Assembly (NCBI GenBank): GCA_039815185.1
Contig: JBCBZT010000086.1
Coordinates: 1 to 22,315 of the forward strand
From: Cyanobacteria bacterium P01_A01_bin.123
GTDB taxonomy: Bacteria > Cyanobacteriota > Cyanobacteriia > Phormidesmidales > Phormidesmidaceae
Reading direction: 5' to 3'
DNA: 22,315 nt
Part shown: positions 7,903 to 15,013 of the stretch, piece after piece
Numbering within the stretch: position 1 is the stretch's first letter
Layout: the number at the start of each line of letters is the position of its first letter
The notes under the pieces: model-generated
Seen by the model: the letters and a program-made list of their open reading frames with translations, nothing else
Databases searched by the model: none
Told to the model about the DNA's origin: nothing
Program-made: the position numbers and the translations under genes

Positions 7903-10900
7903 CAGCTAATCCCCCCAGCTAGCCACCACTCATCAGTGCCGATTTTCCAAAGAGTTGCCAACGACCATTGACCGCTAAGCGCGATCGCGGTATTCGCCCC
8001 ATTGATATTGACACCACTAGCAGGCGTAACCGTCACAGTGCCCGCGCCCTTCTGTCCTATCAGGATTTGAGTCCCGACAGGAAAAGTCGTCGTCGCGTTG
8101 TCTGGCAGGTTGAGCGTGATTGGTGATGCGTTGTTGAGCGTCACACCTTTGAACCTATCGGCTAACACCAGGGTGTAACTGGTGCCAGTTTGAGCATTCT
8201 CAACCAGTACTGTTTGAGCAACCTCGTAGGTATCGCCGTTGTTCTCTTGTCTCCATTTGAGAACGTCGCCATTGTTGAAGACCTTTACTTCATCCGTTGC
8301 AGTACTGGGATCTGAGACTTGTTCTTGCAGCACCAATGCACTTGCCGCCGTAACAGCACCAGTTGCACCTGTTGAGCCTTTGATGGCAAATGCCATCCGA
8401 ACGGCATCACCATCGGTAAAGCTGCCGTTGTTGCCAGATGGGTTTACTCCGTATGTGCGATCGCTGCCGTTGTCCGTAATGCTTGAAACTTCAAAGGTTG
8501 CGTAAACTGTGGAGTCGTTTGATTTAATGACTTGTATTGAAGATCCGGCAGTTAGCAGGTTGAGGATCCCGGATGCGTCAATACTATTGGTGTCAGACTC
8601 GTGAACATAAAGTTCTGTCGCGCTGGCTGGGCTAGCGTTATTCCAGCGAATCTCCCCACTAGCGGGGGTTGCGGTTGTTGCTGAATCAAAAGTGTAGTCA
8701 ATCCCAAACCCTGATACCCCATCGGCACCGGTTGCGCCAGTAGCACCGGTTGCGCCAGTGGCACCGGTTGCACCAGTCGCGCCTCGCAAGGTTGGGGTTA
8801 GAAGGACTGATTCAGTATCAACAAAGGTTCCGGTGTGGCTGAGGTATGTAACCGGAACGGTGCGATCGCTGCCGTTATCAACAACTGCCCCACTAACCTG
8901 AAAGTAGGCGTACTCATTGTCGTCAGTCCGGCTACGCAGCGTGATGATCGAAGTATCCTCAACCACTGCCAGGATGGCTGATATATCAACACTATTGGCA
9001 TCCGTCTCGTTGACGTAGATTTCTGTCACAGACGCGATCGCGGCGTTATTGAGCCTTAGCTCTCCAGTTCCCGCCCCTGCTGTTGTGCCAGTATCAAAAG
9101 CATAGACAAGCCCAAACCCGTCCACACCGTTGGGGCCCCGCAAGTTGCCCTGGAGTGTCCAAGTGGTCTCACCAGTCTTTTTGTAATAGTCGCCGTTTGT
9201 GGTGTTGAGGTAGAAGTCTCCGACTTTCCCCAAGCTCCCTGCCGGTGCCCCAGTGTTTGAGTACCAGGTTGAAGCCTGGGTGATCTCCGCCAAAGTTACA
9301 GCGATCTCTTCAATCCAGTCGCTGGATTCTGACTCGTGTTGGATTTGGGTAACTTGGTTGCCATCGTGGACATACGCGATCGCGACCCGATAGTTATCCG
9401 CAGTCAGATCACTGCTGCCTGCATTGGCTGTAAAGCTACCGCTGGTTGGTTTGAACAGCCCGAAGGTTGAGGCGATAGTGGGCAGGTTCGCGATCGCGGT
9501 CCCAGCAGACAGATTACTGATCACAACTTGCTGGGTAGCTGTGTCAGTGACGGCATTACCGTCAAACTCCCACAGTTGCCCATCACCTTCCCGTTGCAGA
9601 TAAACCACAAAATTAGGCGGGTTGAAGACTGCCTCAGTGTTGCCCGCGATCACACTAACTGCTGTACTGGGCTCAGGGTAGTCAGTTCGTATATCTCGCC
9701 CGTTGGTGACGGTTACGGTGAGCGTTTGCCCACTGGTTACCGCGGCATAGCTAGAGAAATCTGAAGCAGGCGATCGCCCCGAGAGAGTCCCCACCTTTGC
9801 CCGGATCGCTTCATTAGCGCCGATAGTGCCGTCACCGACAAATATGTTGCCGTTGCCGTTCACCTCAATAATCTGATCAGCGGTGTTGGCGGTTAGCCCA
9901 GTGACTGCGATCGCGTCCTGAGACGGAAACGACAGTCGTCCCACAGCAGCGGAGCCGGATAAAGCCTTGACGGATAAGCCCGAGTCGGGCACTACCCGAA
10001 GGCGATCGCCGATCGGGAATATTCCGTTTCCGGTGAAGCCTGAGACTGGGTTAACGTCCCCAGACTGACTAAACGATCGGGGGATAACGCTGATTTTTGA
10101 GTCATCAGCAACGTCTTTCAGTTGAGCGCTATTGAACTTGGCTTGAACACTGAACTGTGCTGCTTGCCCAGCGGGTAAATCCTTCTCCAACGCGATCGCG
10201 CCTGCTTTGCCAAACGCAAAAGGGGCAGATCCCCCCGTTGTCATGCCAGAGGTATCAAGGGCTCCAGTAGTTGGATCAACATAGCCATCAAAGGTGATCT
10301 GCAGCAGCCCGTCAAATTGAGAGGTTTTATCAACCCCGTCATCAAACACCCTAAAACCAATGCGGGTACCTTGTGGCGTAATTGCCCCTGCTGCGTTGCG
10401 GGTGCCATACCACCAATACTTGACGGGAGTGTGAAGAGAACCGTCGGCGGCATAGGTGGGAGCTTGAAGAACTGCGGATGGTGGGAGCTGGTTTAGAACG
10501 CGATCGCTTCCCCCTGCATTCTCAGTGTTGCTGACATAGGTGCTAAAGCTGCCTACCTGTATCCAACGTCCTGTAGCTGCGGTGAATACGGTGTCATTGT
10601 CCACAGTGGCAACGCTCTCGGCATCGTAGCGAAGAATCCGCCCCGAGCTGTCGCCGATGTCGGTTACCTGCCGGATTATGCCGTTGATCAAGTCAGCCCC
10701 AGTGGGCAGGTTTGCCAGGGCTGCTACGGTTTGCCCAGAACCGACAACAATATGAGCGTCTTCAGTTAGTTCAATGGTGGCAGGAAGCGATCGCGGCGTT
10801 ACCTGATCAACATCAAACCCTTTATAGATGGCAACTTGGCGAATGCTCGTCAGATCACCTGATGACGTAGCAATGCTGATTACATACCAGTGAATATCCT

Positions 10901-11120
10901 CACCAGCGGCGCGGGCTGTGGCGGGAATGGTGACTTGAATCTTTTGCCCAGCAGTATAAGCAACTGATTGCAGAGAGGTAGGGAGGTTGAAGCCTGCCCG
11001 GTTGCGCCCTTGGATCGAGAGCTCAACGGTACCTGATCCGGTGAGGTTACCCCCTGCTACTGCTGCAATGGTTGGTGCTGGTAACTGCGATCGCAGTGAA
11101 GCAAAAGTAGCTAATCCCAT
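7902..11120 (-). CDS. Tail fibre / receptor-binding protein with a collagen-like segment
   Basis: 1072 aa, G/T/A/S-rich. Contains GAPAGSLGKVGDFYLNTTNGDYY, a (GAT)6 collagen run and a C-terminal QTGTSYTLVLAD...FPVGTQI..QKGAGTVTV...DEWWLAG domain of the kind seen in phage fibres. Confidence 0.82.
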   Translation of the reverse strand: MGLATFASLRSQLPAPTIAAVAGGNLTGSGTVELSIQGRNRAGFNLPTSLQSVAYTAGQKIQVTIPATARAAGEDIHWYVISIATSSGDLTSIRQVAIYKGFDVDQVTPRSLPATIELTEDAHIVVGSGQTVAALANLPTGADLINGIIRQVTDIGDSSGRILRYDAESVATVDNDTVFTAATGRWIQVGSFSTYVSNTENAGGSDRVLNQLPPSAVLQAPTYAADGSLHTPVKYWWYGTRNAAGAITPQGTRIGFRVFDDGVDKTSQFDGLLQITFDGYVDPTTGALDTSGMTTGGSAPFAFGKAGAIALEKDLPAGQAAQFSVQAKFNSAQLKDVADDSKISVIPRSFSQSGDVNPVSGFTGNGIFPIGDRLRVVPDSGLSVKALSGSAAVGRLSFPSQDAIAVTGLTANTADQIIEVNGNGNIFVGDGTIGANEAIRAKVGTLSGRSPASDFSSYAAVTSGQTLTVTVTNGRDIRTDYPEPSTAVSVIAGNTEAVFNPPNFVVYLQREGDGQLWEFDGNAVTDTATQQVVISNLSAGTAIANLPTIASTFGLFKPTSGSFTANAGSSDLTADNYRVAIAYVHDGNQVTQIQHESESSDWIEEIAVTLAEITQASTWYSNTGAPAGSLGKVGDFYLNTTNGDYYKKTGETTWTLQGNLRGPNGVDGFGLVYAFDTGTTAGAGTGELRLNNAAIASVTEIYVNETDANSVDISAILAVVEDTSIITLRSRTDDNEYAYFQVSGAVVDNGSDRTVPVTYLSHTGTFVDTESVLLTPTLRGATGATGATGATGATGATGADGVSGFGIDYTFDSATTATPASGEIRWNNASPASATELYVHESDTNSIDASGILNLLTAGSSIQVIKSNDSTVYATFEVSSITDNGSDRTYGVNPSGNNGSFTDGDAVRMAFAIKGSTGATGAVTAASALVLQEQVSDPSTATDEVKVFNNGDVLKWRQENNGDTYEVAQTVLVENAQTGTSYTLVLADRFKGVTLNNASPITLNLPDNATTTFPVGTQILIGQKGAGTVTVTPASGVNINGANTAIALSGQWSLATLWKIGTDEWWLAGGIS
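8718..8783 (-). repeat. 9-bp collagen-like (Gly-Ala-Thr) repeats
   Basis: GGN GCN ACN x6 followed by GGT GCC GAT GGG on the minus strand. Confidence 0.9.
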
Positions 11121-11193
11121 GTACCCGCTTGAATGCTGGGGTTAGGATGCCTGACTGTGGATTTAGTTGACAAAGCGAGGTCTAATGACCAAC

Positions 11194-11222
11194 TTAGTGG
11201 AATCGTTTAACGATTCCACTAA
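11194..11222. repeat. Perfect 29-bp palindrome between the endolysin and tail fibre genes
   Basis: TTAGTGGAATCGTT-t-AACGATTCCACTAA: 14-bp arms, no mismatch. Confidence 0.9.
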
Positions 11223-11232
11223 AGCGATCGCG

Positions 11233-11988
11233 CTAATATGACCAGCGCGCCCGATACCCCCGCGCATCAATATGGGTAAAGGTGTTAGAGCTGGCTAGCC
11301 CGCCCCGGTTACCCCACCACGGATTGAGGCGCTTATAAACATCTGACGGGTGAATACCACGGACGACAAAATCAACAGCATCACCGGACAAGTGACGCGA
11401 TCGCGAGGCACCACCCACCCTTTGATTGGTTACCGGATCTCGGTACCAAGAATTGACGGTAATAGGGCGATCGCCTAGCAAAGCTCGAACATCCTGCATC
11501 ACTTTGGCGATCCGAATCATGCCATTAACAACATCGGCGTTGACAGGAATGCGATCGCCGCCGTGCGTTGCTTCACCCCATGTGAAATTGCCGTTTGCAA
11601 TGATGGGGTGATGGATATAGTAAACACCTTGAAAGCCAGGAAATTCAAGCGCCTTACCCTTTGGCGTTGCTTCAGGTGGGACGTCAGTTGGATTATTGTC
11701 AGGTTCCTTGCCGATAATTTCTACTGCGTCTTCCTGATTGTAGAAATACCAGTTATGAAATCCCGCGATCGGTTGAACCACAGAAACAAGGACGTGGTTC
11801 CCTTCAGGCTGATCCCAGTGGATATCTAATTCAGTACCAGCAGATAGCAATACCTTTTGATCGTCTGGCAGTTGTGTCGAATCTACCGCACCCCGCTTAG
11901 CCCATGTATCCCAGTTGAGTTTGATTTTCATGGTCGCGTTAAGCTCTGCGGTTTTAGGGTGCACAAACGCGATCGCGGGTTTTGACAT
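11233..11988 (-). CDS. Peptidase M15A (Zn D-Ala-D-Ala carboxypeptidase fold), probable endolysin
   Basis: PITVNSWYRDPVTNQRVGGASRSRHLSGDAVDF...FTHIDARG contains the SxHxxGxAxD and HxD motifs, preceded by an extra N-terminal domain. Start uncertain (11994, 11988 or 11931). Confidence 0.9.
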   Translation of the reverse strand: MSKPAIAFVHPKTAELNATMKIKLNWDTWAKRGAVDSTQLPDDQKVLLSAGTELDIHWDQPEGNHVLVSVVQPIAGFHNWYFYNQEDAVEIIGKEPDNNPTDVPPEATPKGKALEFPGFQGVYYIHHPIIANGNFTWGEATHGGDRIPVNADVVNGMIRIAKVMQDVRALLGDRPITVNSWYRDPVTNQRVGGASRSRHLSGDAVDFVVRGIHPSDVYKRLNPWWGNRGGLASSNTFTHIDARGYRARWSY

Positions 11989-12114
11989 CTGCAAGTTCCA
12001 GTTATGAAGCTTCTGTGAAACGCTTGCGATCGCGCTTGGGATTTGCCATATTTGCTATAGAAAGTTTCGGGTTACCTCAAACCCGTCCGACACATCAAAA
12101 CAAGGATTTTCACA

Positions 12115-12591
12115 ATGCAATACTTAACCGCTGCAATCAATGCTGGCGTTGATTTTCACCGCAATGAGATCGCGTCTGGGCTTATTCAAGATGAAATGAT
12201 CGAAGGATGGCTTAATGCAGTCCTCATGGGCATTGAGGCTTGGGAGAGCTGCGATCGCTTCCTGGATCAGTGGCAAGAACTAGCTGATGAAACCAGAGAG
12301 CTAACCGCCCGATGGTTTGCTCCTGTGTTACCCATCGTCAGCGCGATCGCGTTTTGGCTGTTTCTCGCAACTGCCCGCGCCGCTGGCTGGTGCTGGGGAC
12401 ATACCCAGCGCTGGTGGTGGATGGCTTGGGAAACCGCGATCGCTGAAAGTATTATGTCTGTTTTGGCGGTTGCGACATCGGTGACGGAACGCGCTCACCA
12501 AAACTGCTTTGAGCAGGGTAAAACTTTTCTTCAAATAGCCCAATCGGTCTTATCCAGACTCTGGTTTGATTCAGTCTTGCTGCGACTTTGA
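12115..12591 (+). CDS. Hypothetical Trp-rich protein with a hydrophobic segment, antisense to the late operon
   Basis: AAGGA RBS before the ATG. Candidate promoter TTGCGA (12024-12029), 17-bp spacer, CATATT (12047-12052). Hydrophobic stretch WFAPVLPIVSAIAFWLFLATA. Confidence 0.6.
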   Translation: MQYLTAAINAGVDFHRNEIASGLIQDEMIEGWLNAVLMGIEAWESCDRFLDQWQELADETRELTARWFAPVLPIVSAIAFWLFLATARAAGWCWGHTQRWWWMAWETAIAESIMSVLAVATSVTERAHQNCFEQGKTFLQIAQSVLSRLWFDSVLLRL

Positions 12592-12757
12592 ATAGCCACA
12601 GTGATAGCCATTGCCGAAGCGATCGCGCCTTGGAGTCCATATAAACGATATGCCCAGTCATATCCTCAGAGTGAACCGCAAACGCGATCGCGAGATAGGG
12701 CGTTCTCTTCTTTAAGTTGATGTAGGTTTTCCCAATCTCTACATGGTTAAGCTTCAT
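12452..12757 (-). CDS. DUF1653-like protein
   Basis: GKTYINLKKRTPYLAIAFAVHSED...IVY...VWIRPIGLFEEKF resembles the DUF1653 pattern. ATGA overlap with the upstream gene. Confidence 0.7.
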   Translation of the reverse strand: MKLNHVEIGKTYINLKKRTPYLAIAFAVHSEDMTGHIVYMDSKARSLRQWLSLWLFKVAARLNQTRVWIRPIGLFEEKFYPAQSSFGERVPSPMSQPPKQT

Positions 12758-12930
12758 CTTGCCTGCACTCCCCTTTCAGATGCCTGAGCAGCAAACAGGG
12801 CTAATTTGCGTCGTGCTCCTCTACCTTGCTGTACGATCAGCGATCGCCCGCCTGTCTCTAACGTAATTTGTGGTTGCCCCTTCTGGACGAGGGACTTCAG
12901 AGCCGCGATCGCTTGTTGTCTAGTTGCCAT
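12754..12930 (-). CDS. Small basic hypothetical phage protein (MATRQQAIAALK..., 58 aa)
   Basis: ATG at 12930 overlaps the upstream gene end; its stop overlaps the next start (ATGA). Confidence 0.65.
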   Translation of the reverse strand: MATRQQAIAALKSLVQKGQPQITLETGGRSLIVQQGRGARRKLALFAAQASERGVQAR

Positions 12931-13389
12931 ACTGAGATTTTGAAAACCGAGGAACTGGAGCTTGCGCAAAGAAAAGATTACAAAAGATCTCTAGTGCTGG
13001 ATTAGATAAGTCTAGGTGTTCTGGCACTACCAGATAGCTTGCATCTATATCTATCGAAAATTGCATAGTCTCTGTTTCAGAGACCTCAAATAATTCGGAT
13101 TTAAATTTTGCTGCCTCAACTTTTAGCTTTTTTAGCTCTGGACTTAGATCTTCGGGCTTGAATATTCCTTTCATCCCCGATATGTAACCCAACTTATTGA
13201 CGATTGTCGGATCAAATTTATCTTCTCGCCACAATTTTAGATAACCTGGGGCTGACACTGGATATCCTGAGGCTGACACCGGATTAAAGAAAAGCCGCCC
13301 ATGTGACGTGCAACTAACTATGCCTAGCTCGTCAAGAGACATACTCATTGTGCTATACATAACCGCCTCGCTTGTTGTCTAGTTGCCAT
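12909..13389. repeat. 22-bp perfect direct repeat (12909-12930 and 13368-13389) flanking an inserted gene
   Basis: TCGCTTGTTGTCTAGTTGCCAT occurs at both positions. Confidence 0.92.
12920..13360 (-). CDS. Hypothetical protein, moron-like insertion
   Basis: 146 aa, AT-rich, no internal HIP1, GAGGCGG RBS, bounded by the 22-bp direct repeats. Confidence 0.72.
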   Translation of the reverse strand: MYSTMSMSLDELGIVSCTSHGRLFFNPVSASGYPVSAPGYLKLWREDKFDPTIVNKLGYISGMKGIFKPEDLSPELKKLKVEAAKFKSELFEVSETETMQFSIDIDASYLVVPEHLDLSNPALEIFCNLFFAQAPVPRFSKSQYGN

Positions 13390-14032
13390 TGATCCACCAA
13401 TCCTTTGCCCACATGAAATTAACAGTTACATTCTTGTCTGCGCACTCAGCAAATTTTGAGGCAGCTTGTTTATCCTCAGGGCGATCGCCTACATAAAGCA
13501 ACTCAGTCCCCCTTGCCAAATATTCTTCTGCAAGAGCATCCCGTCGCAGATTTTCCCGAGCGTCTTGGTACCATGTTTGCCATTCTTTCTCTTGAAGCTG
13601 ATGAACCGCGAGTTGCAGCATCCCGCATTCAGGTTTGCGGTAAGCATATTGATAGTAAGGATGATCGCCAAAAGCACCGTACTCATGGATAGCCCATAAC
13701 CATAGAGGACGGCGAACTATTATTACTTCCTGCCCTAGTCCTGTTGCATTAGGGCAAAAGTAAGCCCGATCAATTTCAGGGAAAAAACTGAGGCAGCGCC
13801 TCATAATATTAGCTGCTGTTCTCTTGCTTAAAAATTGTCTGCCAGTGTCAGCGGACAAAGCTTCGCATCCTCCTTGATTAGATGCGATCGAGATCTTCCA
13901 TCCATCCCGACTGTATTTTTGAATAGCGCCGGCAGCGCCTGGAATAGGCTGTAAATCGCTGACAGCATTAACAAAATGCCCCCTTTTGCTAGTGGTCAAT
14001 GTACCGTCGCGATCGCAGATCAGTATTTTCAT
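13379..14032 (-). CDS. HAD-superfamily subfamily IIIA phosphatase (GmhB/HisB-N/polynucleotide 3'-phosphatase-like)
   Basis: Motifs DRDGTL, IASNQGG, RKPECGM and YVGDRPED. Confidence 0.9.
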   Translation of the reverse strand: MKILICDRDGTLTTSKRGHFVNAVSDLQPIPGAAGAIQKYSRDGWKISIASNQGGCEALSADTGRQFLSKRTAANIMRRCLSFFPEIDRAYFCPNATGLGQEVIIVRRPLWLWAIHEYGAFGDHPYYQYAYRKPECGMLQLAVHQLQEKEWQTWYQDARENLRRDALAEEYLARGTELLYVGDRPEDKQAASKFAECADKNVTVNFMWAKDWWINGN

Positions 14033-14044
14033 AAGCTTCCTAAA

Positions 14045-14248
14045 TCAATCTAAGTAAGCACTCCAGTCATTACAGTCAACACGGGCGTGTCTTGTTGCAA
14101 GAGTTGGATTTACAGTGCAGAGCAAATAGCCGCTGTTCGTCCAATAACGACAGTATTCACACCATCCCAACCTTTGATTTGGCACTGCCTCTTGAGGGGC
14201 AGGCATTTCAAACGCGATCGCGTCGGATTCAGAATGCCGTGGACTCAT
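14045..14248 (-). CDS. DUF6464-like Cys-rich cyanobacterial protein, possibly 5'-truncated
   Basis: CEYCRYWTNSGYLLCTVNP...DCNDW. The ATG at 14248 lies inside the transposase remnant; ATG at 14206 is the alternative. Confidence 0.6.
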   Translation of the reverse strand: MSPRHSESDAIAFEMPAPQEAVPNQRLGWCEYCRYWTNSGYLLCTVNPTLATRHARVDCNDWSAYLD

Positions 14249-14933
14249 CCGAGATGAATGCCGTGAGGTGCTGCTGTTTGCGCTCCAAAAGTGTGGTGAG
14301 AAGTACAGCTTTAAGCTCTATGCCCTGTGCATTATGAGCAACCATGTCCATTACCTGCTCGAACCCCAACAGCCTAAGGACTTGCCCCTGATTATGCACT
14401 GGCTCAATTGGTATACTGCCATGTACTTCAATCGGATGCTGAACCGCACGGGACACTTTTGGGAAAAGCGTTACCACAGCACAGGGTTTCCGATCGGTGA
14501 TAAACGCCGTGCCTTAAACACGCTGCGCTACATTCACGCCAATCCCAAAGCAGCCAATATGCAACAGGGCTTTTTCTACGACTACAGCAACTACGGCAGC
14601 TATGAACGGCTGAGCAATGATGGCTTGACCCAATGGCACCCAGCTTTTTTAACCTTGGGCACCACACTGGAAATTTGTGCAGCAGCTTACCGGAGGTTTT
14701 GCCCGAAATATAAGCCGAAGCCAAAGCCAGAGAAGCGTAACCATTGGGGTAGCAAGCTTCTAGCGCAGATCAAAGCCAGGAGTCGTCTGAAGAAGAAGGG
14801 CGCTCCAGGGCAGAAGTCTTTGTGGGATGACTGGAATGCGCCTGAGGCAGAGATCCGCAAGGTTGCAGAGAAATTTGTGTTAGCCAATTGCTTTAATCCA
14901 GACATTGCCCGCTTAAGGTTTGAGCCGCCCTAG
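14244..14933 (+). pseudogene. REP-associated (RAYT) / Y1 HUH transposase, N-terminally truncated
   Basis: Motifs LYALCIMSNHVHYLL (HUH), GHFWEKRYHS and LRYIHANP. The frame extends upstream as LIRDECREVLLFAL, but the usual N-terminal YH(I/V)xxR strand and an ATG start are missing. Confidence 0.8.
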
Positions 14934-15013
14934 CGAAGCGGTGCCAGGTAACGGATCTCGCAAAGGCAGGTAAATCGTGTAAAAAGCAAGCGTTTACAAA
15001 CTTTAAGAAAATC

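Larger units (their letters stand above)
742..14250. mobile_element. Prophage remnant (partial temperate cyanophage): regulatory switch, early genes, lysis, tail and head-morphogenesis genes
   Basis: Contains antirepressor, HTH repressor, HNH nuclease, Mu gpF-like and gpG-like proteins, tail fibre and M15 endolysin, with tightly overlapping start/stop codons. Boundaries are approximate; no integrase or att pair was found. Confidence 0.85.
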
